From the IMG/VR virus record IMGVR_UViG_3300030708_000512, positions 1-25,668 of that record: 25,668 bases of DNA; one strand, given 5' to 3'. Each line of letters begins with the position of its first letter. Within the stretch, counting starts at the first letter, position 1. Source of the stretch: a virus. Lineage: Duplodnaviria; Caudoviricetes. Positions 1 through 8,032 of the stretch are shown one piece after another. The notes under the pieces are model-generated. The model did no database searches, was not told the DNA's origin, and saw nothing but the letters and a program-made list of their open reading frames with translations. The position numbers and the translations under genes were made by a program.

Positions 1-16
1 AGATTAAGTATTACTG

Positions 17-802
17 TTATATCTCTAGTAGGTTCTTCCATTGTAATAATATTTCTTGAGGTTCTAAGTATTCTGCTCCTGATTCAGCAGAATCTAATCC
101 GTGATAATGTGTCCCTGTAGCTGCGCACTCAGCTTTAATTAAATTAAAAGTTTCACTTAAAGAGCTGTGATATACATCTGTAATACTGTCATACATCTCC
201 TGAGTGTCGGGGTTGTAACCCTTTATGATAGCTTGTCCATAACCAACGAAACTTTCAACATGCTCTTTATAGTAATCTTGGTCTGTAACCATTCCATATA
301 GTAAAACTTTTTTAAACCCATCGTCTAATGCTCTTTGAATAGATACGTGAGTATTTTTATTTCTATCTATACTTCCGATAACTGCTGCTTTCTTTCCCGG
401 ATGTTTTTCTGTCATAGTTAAGTCTGTAATAATATTAGGTATTACCTTTCCAGGAACCCCTTGCCAAAACATCTGAGAGTTAGATACATAAACTACATCA
501 TCCCAAAAAGGTTTAACGTCTTTTACTTTGTATACCTCCTTCTCATGACATGCTAATATAACTTTCTTTGACGCTTCAGGTCTTTGAGGGAATTTTAAAA
601 AATGTATAAGCAGTATCTCACCTTCTTGATTTACTTGAGCTTCTGCTATATGACCTGACTTACATTTATCTAAATGATAATCATGAGGTCCGTAGAAAGT
701 ACAATCCATACCATTAGCATTCATGTAGTTACATAAATTTATAAAAGAGGTTGTAGAACCTCCTGGATTTGACCAACCTGATATAATTTTAATTTTCGTC
801 AT
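17..802 (-). CDS. GT-B fold glycosyltransferase-like protein
   Basis: 261 aa; N-terminal 'ISGWSNPGGST' Gly loop, 'VYVSNSQ', 'VIPN', 'VIGSIDRNKN', and GT4-like E-x7-E motif 'SSLSETFNLIKAE'. Confidence 0.7.
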   Translation of the reverse strand: MTKIKIISGWSNPGGSTTSFINLCNYMNANGMDCTFYGPHDYHLDKCKSGHIAEAQVNQEGEILLIHFLKFPQRPEASKKVILACHEKEVYKVKDVKPFWDDVVYVSNSQMFWQGVPGKVIPNIITDLTMTEKHPGKKAAVIGSIDRNKNTHVSIQRALDDGFKKVLLYGMVTDQDYYKEHVESFVGYGQAIIKGYNPDTQEMYDSITDVYHSSLSETFNLIKAECAATGTHYHGLDSAESGAEYLEPQEILLQWKNLLEI

Positions 803-1949
803 GTTTAAAAGTTTCGCGATATAAATCTAATCTATATTGAACAACGTTATTAATGTTGAACCTTTCATCAGTTATCTGTTTTAGGTTTCTACCCATTTCT
901 CTAGCATGTTTAGGGTCTTTTATTATTTTAGAAATAGCTCTTACCCAATCTGATATTTTATTTTCCCTAGATATTAAATAACCTGTATATCCGTTTTCTA
1001 TTACCTCATCATAACAACCGCAGTCTGTAGCAACTAAGGGTATACCATACCTCCCTGCTTCCATTAGTTTAATCTCTGATTTAGAATCATTAAACTCATT
1101 CCATTCAAGAGGTGCTATTGCTACATCCATATCTTTATAAAATGCTCCGTACCTATCTGAAGGCATTGCATTAAATACAGCCCAATTTTTATGCCTAGAA
1201 GCTCCTGTAAGTATCCTTTGATATTCATTCCATACACTCTGCTGCCAATCATTAGGGTCTGTATCTTCTGTAACCGGAGGTCTTCCAAAGAAACTCCAAC
1301 GTATTTTCTCAGGTCCTACTTTAGCATTTAAGGTAAGTCCTAAACCTGGAATTTGTTTTACATCTTGCTCGTGGTGTATACCTCCAACCCATCCAATATT
1401 GCACGGTTGTTTTTGTTTGGTTCTATATTGTCTAGGTAGATTCCAACAAGGTAAATCATAATCAATAGCATTCTTTACTACAGCTAGAGTTCCTTTTACA
1501 AAAGGTGCAATGCGATGAGCAAACTTAGTCTGAGTAACAGTTACTAAATCTGCATTATGATAGAGAACTTTGGTCAGTTCATCTAACTTTCTCTCTCTAT
1601 ACACATCATAAAGTCTATGACCTTTATAAAGATTAGTTAATAAATCATCAGTATCGTAATGAATAAAACAACCCTCATCTTTAGCTATCTGATACAGTCT
1701 AATCATAAACTGAGGACCAAAGTTAGAGATGTTTTGAGTCATTACTATGTCAGCCCATTTTAAATCTTCAAACTCATCTCCTGTTTCTTTGTTTGTAGAT
1801 GTATCCCAATTCAAAGGGTTTTGATTGAATCTAATATCTACATCATCAGGACAGTGCTGTTGTAGTTTAGCCATAGGCATTAACGCACGATAGTAACTAC
1901 AACCTCCTTCGTTTGCAGCCACTACTAATATTTTTAATTTATCTTTCAT
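789..1949 (-). CDS. glycosyltransferase, GT-B fold (family 4-like)
   Basis: 'GGCSYYR', 'YDTDD', 'IGWVGG', 'FNDSKSEIKLMEAGRYGIPLVATD'. Start moved to ATG at 1949 (MKDKLKILVV) because the GTG at 1991 would put a terminator hairpin inside the CDS. Confidence 0.85.
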   Translation of the reverse strand: MKDKLKILVVAANEGGCSYYRALMPMAKLQQHCPDDVDIRFNQNPLNWDTSTNKETGDEFEDLKWADIVMTQNISNFGPQFMIRLYQIAKDEGCFIHYDTDDLLTNLYKGHRLYDVYRERKLDELTKVLYHNADLVTVTQTKFAHRIAPFVKGTLAVVKNAIDYDLPCWNLPRQYRTKQKQPCNIGWVGGIHHEQDVKQIPGLGLTLNAKVGPEKIRWSFFGRPPVTEDTDPNDWQQSVWNEYQRILTGASRHKNWAVFNAMPSDRYGAFYKDMDVAIAPLEWNEFNDSKSEIKLMEAGRYGIPLVATDCGCYDEVIENGYTGYLISRENKISDWVRAISKIIKDPKHAREMGRNLKQITDERFNINNVVQYRLDLYRETFKHDEN

Positions 1950-1954
1950 ATTAT

Positions 1955-1984
1955 AAAAAAGAGACACCCATTTAAGGGTGCCTC
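1955..1984 (-). terminator. intrinsic terminator after the SSB gene
   Basis: minus strand GAGGCACCC-TTAAAT-GGGTGTCTC followed by TTTTTT (9-bp stem, one G-U pair). Confidence 0.8.
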
Positions 1985-2000
1985 CCCACAATAAGTGTTA

Positions 2001-2738
2001 CTAATTGAGCCCCTTCAAGTGTGTAAGGTAATCATCCCCATCGTCACTAGACTCTGTCACTACGTCTGCAGCTGCTTTAGTCTGTTGTACAATGTCTTCT
2101 CCTGTGATTTGCATACACAATTCTTTAAGCTCCTCGTAAGATGCTACCTTTACCAAGCCTTGAATGTCATGAAGTTCATCCATCCATCTCGCTATCTCGG
2201 CATCCGAGCCTGCAGGAGACTTGGTAGGCTTCGGAGATGACTTGTCATAGTTCGGCCATTCCCCTGATTTATCTTTTACGATTTTGAAATCATTACCAGT
2301 TTTAAGGTCGGTAATGTCACCATAATCTTCATCAAAAAAGCAATCTAGAATTTTACTAAATAGCTTAATCCCTACTGATAGGATTTTAACATCTCCTGTC
2401 TCACGTTCAACTGCATTTAGATAAAAGCGTTTACGTGCTTTAATCTGACGTGCAATAGCCATGTTACCTTCATCCTTAGTGTTCCAAAGTTTGAAACTTA
2501 AATCACACATAGGACATTCCTTGCCTTGAACTTTTGGACAGTGATAATTCTTATCATTTATCCTGTGAATACCTGTTTCTGCATAGAAATTATTATCAGG
2601 ATTTTTATCAGGAAGTACACGAACCTGAGTAGTTCCTTCTTCCATCATTAGGAATTTCTTTAGAAAGTCTGCTCCACCAGATTCTGGAGTCTTATTGATT
2701 TGATTATATTTTTTACGTAGTTCTTCGATGTTTACCAT
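2001..2738 (-). CDS. single-stranded DNA-binding protein, T4 gp32-like
   Basis: 'VRVLP', putative Zn ligands 'H...HCP...ECPMC', 'YGDITDLKTGNDFKI', 'YDKS', acidic C-terminal tail 'SSDDGDDYL'. Confidence 0.85.
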   Translation of the reverse strand: MVNIEELRKKYNQINKTPESGGADFLKKFLMMEEGTTQVRVLPDKNPDNNFYAETGIHRINDKNYHCPKVQGKECPMCDLSFKLWNTKDEGNMAIARQIKARKRFYLNAVERETGDVKILSVGIKLFSKILDCFFDEDYGDITDLKTGNDFKIVKDKSGEWPNYDKSSPKPTKSPAGSDAEIARWMDELHDIQGLVKVASYEELKELCMQITGEDIVQQTKAAADVVTESSDDGDDYLTHLKGLN

Positions 2739-2752
2739 AGTTTTATTAGTTG

Positions 2753-3199
2753 TTAATTAGTTGAAAATAGTTTTGCTTCTGCTCTTTTATTAGCAGATAT
2801 TTGCACAAGACAATCTTTCTGATGGTCAAGTGCGTTGACTAGGCTCTTGGCTAATGTATATTTACTATCAGCCTTTGCTAGTTTGTTTTTAAGTTCTACA
2901 ATCTCAGGGACTGAAAGAACATAAGAGTTGAGTGCGGTCTGTGCAACCTTCTTACCTGTCGTTGCTAGCTCAGCGCTTCTCTTCTTCATGGTGATAGACT
3001 CTTGCTTATCTAACTCGATAGACAGCTCATCTCTAACTTGCTTAGCGTATGATAGAAGTCCTGCGAAGTAAGCATAAATAGCAGAATGATTCATCAATGT
3101 ATTGTCAATCTCAATCTCGCTAATCTGTAAATACTTTTTAGATATTGTAAGGTAATCATCTTCAAAAGTATCGTATAGTTGTACAATCTCGTTATTCAT
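2753..3199 (-). CDS. recombination mediator, UvsY-like helical protein
   Basis: 148 aa, looks all-helical; size, pattern and position next to SSB and helicase resemble T4 UvsY. Confidence 0.6.
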   Translation of the reverse strand: MNNEIVQLYDTFEDDYLTISKKYLQISEIEIDNTLMNHSAIYAYFAGLLSYAKQVRDELSIELDKQESITMKKRSAELATTGKKVAQTALNSYVLSVPEIVELKNKLAKADSKYTLAKSLVNALDHQKDCLVQISANKRAEAKLFSTN

Positions 3200-3208
3200 A
3201 TCTCAGTA

Positions 3209-3216
3209 TATTATAG
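3209..3216 (-). promoter_or_regulatory. putative -10 box (CTATAATA)
   Basis: perfect TATAAT 10 nt upstream of ATG 3199; the same octamer recurs at 14237-14244 and 17255-17262. Confidence 0.5.
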
Positions 3217-3234
3217 CCTTAGTATTGAAAAAAA

Positions 3235-3591
3235 TTAATCTTGATTGTAAGGTTTTTCAAACAGGTACAAGAATAGTTCATGATTCAAAGATGCGAACAG
3301 TTGAAAACCATTTGAAGTGATGGTAGTTAGGAATTCATTCTTGATTCCAGGCATCTCATCATCATCTCCTAGACCAAACATGTGAAAAACAACGTGCGTA
3401 ATTTCATGTAATAGTGTTCCCCTGTAATCAGAATCAGATTGGTTAGGGTCTACGTAAATTACGTTTGTAGTTAAATCTACATATCCGTGTAAGTCATCTT
3501 CAGATAAATCCTTATGCTCTATCTTATATGTTTTAAATCCTATTAACAATTCCATAGGATGTTGTGGTGTTTCTTTTTTATCTTTTGTCAT
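3235..3591 (-). CDS. small HEXXH zinc metallopeptidase-like protein (ImmA/IrrE-like)
   Basis: 'GYVD...IYVD...TLLHEITHVVF...E'; its start overlaps the helicase stop (ATGA). Confidence 0.6.
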   Translation of the reverse strand: MTKDKKETPQHPMELLIGFKTYKIEHKDLSEDDLHGYVDLTTNVIYVDPNQSDSDYRGTLLHEITHVVFHMFGLGDDDEMPGIKNEFLTTITSNGFQLFASLNHELFLYLFEKPYNQD

Positions 3592-4874
3592 TGTCCTTGT
3601 GCTATTACTAGTCTGTCATAATCCATTCTTGCAGGAATAATAAATCTCGCTCTACCATTTCTAGATTTTATTACATATACTCTAGATTTACCTTTATCAA
3701 ATTCTTCCTCGTTTTGATTAATAGATAAAACTAAATCACAAACTCTAGTCTTACCATAAGAATCAGCTAACTCAGTGTCTGTGATAAGATTAACTTTCTT
3801 ACCTTCTCTGTTAGTCTGTGTAGCAGTCCATACCAAACATTTGGACTCGATTGCCATACCTCGTAACTCTTGAGCTAATCTTTCTTGAGCTTGGTACTCC
3901 GGAGTCTGTGCGTCTGTCGCTAGAAGTTCTAAGTAGTCTATAATGATAACGTCAGGCGTGAAGCTTTCATAATTGTTTAACTGTTGAAGATATGCTCTTA
4001 CTTGATTCACTGTTGCTCTTTTAGTAGGGAACTCTTTTATCTTAAGCCTACCTCTATCAGGAATTGTTTGCGTAACTTGCTCCAATCTATTTTTCAAATC
4101 ATCGCATCTGTCTTTTAACTGAGACTGACGAATGCGAGAGAAGATACTATCTAATCTTTGAGCAACTCTATCTTCAGACATTTCTAAAGAGACGTAGAGA
4201 ACGTTGGAACCATCCAAACAAGACCTTACAGCTTGATTTGCTAAATACAGAGATTTCCCTACTCCAGGAGGGGCGACTACCATTGCCAGCTCCTTATCTG
4301 CTAAACCTCCTTCTAAAGCTTCATTTAACGACTCGAAAATCGTTCTATGACTCGCCTCACAGGTATCATTTTTCAAACGGTCCCAACGCTCATCTACATC
4401 CGTAAAGTAATCCAAGCCAAGGTCTACGTTTCGACCTACGGTAAGAGCTTCTCTCATTAAAGGCTCTATCTCAGAATACTTTTTACTTTTAACAAACTCT
4501 GCTGAACGAATGATAGCGTCCTTTAGAGATTGTTCCTTTGCAAAACTTTCTACCAAATCTAGAAGATAATCTTCATTGTTTAATGAGTTTTGGTCTAAGC
4601 TATTGATAGCATCTAACTCATCTTTGTAATCAGATATTAACTCATTAGGAGTTTTTATCTTCTTGATATCTTGTAGAATAAAATCATCAGAAGGAAGCTT
4701 TTGATAATCCAAATAGTATTGAACTATGGTATGGTATATCTTTTGATGAGAAGGAAACTCAAAATACTCAGCCTTAATCATAGGCATGGCTTGAGTCAGA
4801 AAGTTCCTATCTGATTTAGCAAGATATATTATCCCTCGCTGTATATTCTCTGAAAGTTCGTAAGTGGTAGTCAT
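3588..4874 (-). CDS. replicative DNA helicase, DnaB/T4 gp41-like
   Basis: Walker A 'APPGVGKS', 'YVSLEM', Walker B 'IIIDYLELL', 'WTATQTNR', 'KSRNG'. Confidence 0.93.
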   Translation of the reverse strand: MTTTYELSENIQRGIIYLAKSDRNFLTQAMPMIKAEYFEFPSHQKIYHTIVQYYLDYQKLPSDDFILQDIKKIKTPNELISDYKDELDAINSLDQNSLNNEDYLLDLVESFAKEQSLKDAIIRSAEFVKSKKYSEIEPLMREALTVGRNVDLGLDYFTDVDERWDRLKNDTCEASHRTIFESLNEALEGGLADKELAMVVAPPGVGKSLYLANQAVRSCLDGSNVLYVSLEMSEDRVAQRLDSIFSRIRQSQLKDRCDDLKNRLEQVTQTIPDRGRLKIKEFPTKRATVNQVRAYLQQLNNYESFTPDVIIIDYLELLATDAQTPEYQAQERLAQELRGMAIESKCLVWTATQTNREGKKVNLITDTELADSYGKTRVCDLVLSINQNEEEFDKGKSRVYVIKSRNGRARFIIPARMDYDRLVIAQGQ

Positions 4875-4922
4875 TACAATATAACAGACTATTGCTTATT
4901 AAAAATAAAAGAAAAAAAAGTT

Positions 4923-5369
4923 TTATATTCCGTTTCCTGTAGAACCAAACCCTGACTCGTGTCTAGAGGTCTTTTCTTTGAAAAAAGTTTCCTTATCTAC
5001 AGAGTGAAGGTGTACTGTAGGTATCTCATTGATTACCATTTGAGCAAACCTCTCCCCCTTTTCTATATTAAAAGATAAATCATCTCTCAGGTTACGAACT
5101 GCTACCATGACAGGACCTTTATAACCACTGTCAATTGTTCCCGGAGCATTAGGAATTATAATTCCCAACTTTGCATATGAACTTCTGAGTCTAATTTGAC
5201 CTTCATATCCGGGAGGTATGTCTATTCTCAATCCGACATCTACAAGTATAGATTCTTTAGGTCCTATAGTTACCTCTTCATTTGAATAAAGGTCGAACCC
5301 TGCGTCATGTTCGTGTTTATATTCTGGGTCAGGGTTAGTTGAAGTATTTAAAATATTTACTGATACCAT
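4923..5369 (-). CDS. dut: trimeric dUTPase
   Basis: five motifs: 'AGFDL', 'RSS', 'GTIDSGYKG', 'ERFAQ', 'R..SGFGSTG'. Confidence 0.95.
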   Translation of the reverse strand: MVSVNILNTSTNPDPEYKHEHDAGFDLYSNEEVTIGPKESILVDVGLRIDIPPGYEGQIRLRSSYAKLGIIIPNAPGTIDSGYKGPVMVAVRNLRDDLSFNIEKGERFAQMVINEIPTVHLHSVDKETFFKEKTSRHESGFGSTGNGI

Positions 5370-5371
5370 AA

Positions 5372-5821
5372 TTAATGTGTTCTATTATCGTTTGCTAGTT
5401 TCGTGTAATGGATGTCATTGTCTGACATACCTTCTGCAAGTTTCTTCATTGCTTTTTCACTATCTTTTATCTTTGCTGCTTTTTCTTCACTCGTTAATTT
5501 ACGAGCTAAACCTTTTTCTACAGCGACCTCGTGATTAACTTTATACTCTGCGTAAGGTGAGACTCCTTTATCATACTTAAGAGCTTTTTTAGTATTTTCT
5601 ATCTCTCCTTCCATCCATCTATGTTCCGTGCGAGCTTTATCCCCTTCTCCTCTACCGTCCGTCAGCCCTAAGCCATGAGCGTTTATAGCCTGACCACGGG
5701 CTGTCCTGTCACTCGGTGTTCCACATTTTTTGCATTCCTGAGGTTTGTTATAATCACTCATAGATACAAGGTCTGAGAACACCAAATCACAGCTCGAACA
5801 ATAGTAGTTATACGAGGGCAT
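5372..5821 (-). CDS. FmdB-family zinc-ribbon protein
   Basis: 'MPSYNYYCSSC...F...ECKKCG' N-terminal ribbon; TAATG coupling to the RNR stop. Confidence 0.75.
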   Translation of the reverse strand: MPSYNYYCSSCDLVFSDLVSMSDYNKPQECKKCGTPSDRTARGQAINAHGLGLTDGRGEGDKARTEHRWMEGEIENTKKALKYDKGVSPYAEYKVNHEVAVEKGLARKLTSEEKAAKIKDSEKAMKKLAEGMSDNDIHYTKLANDNRTH

Positions 5822-7728
5822 TATATTTCACACACCCCGTCTACACAGGTGTCTATTGATGAGGAAAGCTCTTCTAGCTCCCCTTCTTGAATTAACTTAT
5901 CAACATTGACCTTTCTATGGTCTAGAATTGACAAAGGTTCGTTACCTCTAGAGCCTGCTCTGTAAAACGTAACTCCTTTCAAATCATGAGCGTACGATAA
6001 TAAATCCTCGTACAGAACGGTTGAATTGAAATCGTTCGGCAGGTTACATGTTTTAGATACAGCAGAATCTATATGAGCTTGTACTACAGACTGAACCTTC
6101 ATATGTTCTTCAGGTGTTACGTCGTAAGCACCTACACAATGACTCAGGTCTCTACCTCGTAAATACATCTCTTTGAATAACGGGTCAATAACTACATTCT
6201 CGTTATAGACTCCTGGAGTTGATGTTTTCCATCTTCTAGTATAAAGAGGTGAGAAGATAGGTTCTAATCCTGTCGATACTCCTAGAACCATACTGATAGT
6301 TCCTGTTGGTGCTACCGTTAGCATTACCGCATTCCGTAATCCGTTCTTTTTGATATCAGCTCTAATTCTTGCAGGAATAGTCTTCATAAACTTCTCATCT
6401 CTAAGCTTGCTGAAGTCGTACTTTGGAAAGCTACCCTTCTCCCGTGCAAGGTACATAGAAGCCTTGTAAGCCTCGTTCCTAATCGTAGAGAATAATCTCT
6501 CAAGAAACTCTAAACAAGCGTCAGAACCGTACCTAAAGCCTGCCTTAATGAGGAAATAGTGGAGACCTGTGACTCCCATACCAATGCGTCGGCTTTGCAT
6601 ACCTACTTCTTCGCATTCTTTTATCGGGAAGTAGTTAGCACTTAGAACATTATCAAGGAATCTAATACCTACACGAACTGTTCTAGCTATCCTGCGCCAA
6701 TCAATATTACCATCCATGTCTACCATATTTGCTAGGTTTACGTGACCTAGACAGCAGTTACCGTAAGCAGGTAATGTAATCTCTCCACATGGGTTTGTAG
6801 ATGGTAGGTCTTCAAAATAAGAAACGTTAGTAAACTCGTTAGCAAGGTCTATGTTGAAGATACCCGGCTCACCTGATTCTACCGCATTGTCTAGTAGGCG
6901 TTCCCAAATCTCCTTTGCTTTGATTGGAGTCTTTACAGGATTGGAAAACACGTCTGACCACCCTGACTTGTGGTATTGGTCAGCTCTTCCTAATGCATCT
7001 TCCTCATCTTTAGCAACGACTCTTACTTGGTCTATCTCACCATCTACATTAGTACGGTCAACGATATACATGTAATACTTGTTGTGTCGTCCTCCAAAAG
7101 TAAAGTGCCACTCTTCATCATTCTCCACAGCAGAGATAAATCTATTATTGACTGCTACTGAAATGTTAAAATTGGTAAGCTCTTTGCGGTCTAGTTTAAC
7201 TTCTAAAAACTCCAAGAAATCAGGGTGGCTAACTTCGAGGATAGACATCAAAGCTGTTCGACGATTCTTACCTGCTCTAACATGCTCACCTATCTCGTTA
7301 ATCATTTTCATAACGGATATAGAGCCGGGAGCAGACCATTTAATATTCTGAATGTCGTCACCTTTTGGACGAATCTTTGAGAAGTTAAAACCTACACCTC
7401 CACCTGCACAAGAAATCTTATACATGTCGGATATAGTCTTACCAATACTTTCGACAGAATCTTCAGGGTCAAGGACATAACAGTTAAGCATGTTATACTT
7501 GTTACGACCTGCTCCAAATAAAATTCTACCTCCTGGACAGAAGTCTGCTGAGTTAATAGCTTCAAAGAACTTTTTTTCTATTTGGTCTCTAACTTCTTCT
7601 TTCTCAGGCTGAGCTACAGCTTTAGCAACTCTTTTAGCCAACTGTTTCCATTTGGTCTCTCCAGGGTATGCGTACTTATCGAGGAAGATAGACTCTTGTA
7701 AAGAGCCTTCAGGTATCTCATATGACAT
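5821..7728 (-). CDS. nrdJ: ribonucleotide reductase, class II (adenosylcobalamin-dependent) type
   Basis: 'LNCYV', 'TNPCGEI', 'CCLG', 'APTGTIS', 'SAVSKTCN'; 'GVTFYRAGSR' lacks the class I Tyr-Tyr pair; C-terminal 'CVDGVCEI'; no ATP cone; no nrdB in window; GGAGGAGG SD. Confidence 0.85.
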   Translation of the reverse strand: MSYEIPEGSLQESIFLDKYAYPGETKWKQLAKRVAKAVAQPEKEEVRDQIEKKFFEAINSADFCPGGRILFGAGRNKYNMLNCYVLDPEDSVESIGKTISDMYKISCAGGGVGFNFSKIRPKGDDIQNIKWSAPGSISVMKMINEIGEHVRAGKNRRTALMSILEVSHPDFLEFLEVKLDRKELTNFNISVAVNNRFISAVENDEEWHFTFGGRHNKYYMYIVDRTNVDGEIDQVRVVAKDEEDALGRADQYHKSGWSDVFSNPVKTPIKAKEIWERLLDNAVESGEPGIFNIDLANEFTNVSYFEDLPSTNPCGEITLPAYGNCCLGHVNLANMVDMDGNIDWRRIARTVRVGIRFLDNVLSANYFPIKECEEVGMQSRRIGMGVTGLHYFLIKAGFRYGSDACLEFLERLFSTIRNEAYKASMYLAREKGSFPKYDFSKLRDEKFMKTIPARIRADIKKNGLRNAVMLTVAPTGTISMVLGVSTGLEPIFSPLYTRRWKTSTPGVYNENVVIDPLFKEMYLRGRDLSHCVGAYDVTPEEHMKVQSVVQAHIDSAVSKTCNLPNDFNSTVLYEDLLSYAHDLKGVTFYRAGSRGNEPLSILDHRKVNVDKLIQEGELEELSSSIDTCVDGVCEI

Positions 7729-7730
7729 TG

Positions 7731-8000
7731 CTAGTTATCCTCCTCCACATCTAAACATAAAACATCATCTTCTAATATAAGAAGAAACTCTTCACCGTTT
7801 TGTGAAATCTCATGTCCTGTGTACTCGGTGAATTTTACATAATCACCTTTTTTAATTTTGCAATCGTCTGCAGCTGCTATCACGAGTCCCTCGTTGAACT
7901 TTTTATTTACAACTTGTTCAGGCATTAATATGCCTCCTGCAGATTGAGTCTCAGCTTTCTTACGCTGAATGAGTAGTCGTTTTCCGAATGGTTGAATCAT
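7731..8000 (-). CDS. groES: co-chaperonin GroES (Cpn10)
   Basis: 'IQPFGKRLLI', mobile loop 'SAGGILMP', 'GDYVKF..Y.G', 'LILEDDVL'. Confidence 0.9.
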   Translation of the reverse strand: MIQPFGKRLLIQRKKAETQSAGGILMPEQVVNKKFNEGLVIAAADDCKIKKGDYVKFTEYTGHEISQNGEEFLLILEDDVLCLDVEEDN

Positions 8001-8010
8001 TTTTCCAATT

Positions 8011-8026
8011 TTATATAGTATTTATG
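8011..8026 (-). promoter_or_regulatory. putative late promoter(s) CATAAATA / CTATATAA
   Basis: resembles T4 late consensus TATAAATA; 11-18 nt upstream of the groES ATG. Confidence 0.45.
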
Positions 8027-8032
8027 TATGAT

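Noticed and set aside
1950-1991. Upstream GTG start for the glycosyltransferase (MWGGTLKW...)
   Set aside because: The extension spans the SSB terminator hairpin; ATG 1949 gives a typical 'MKDKLKILVV' GT start.
4875-4922. A-rich tract between helicase and dUTPase as origin or terminator
   Set aside because: No stem-loop or iterons; the TGTTATATT box is only 3 nt from the ATG, so its role is unclear.
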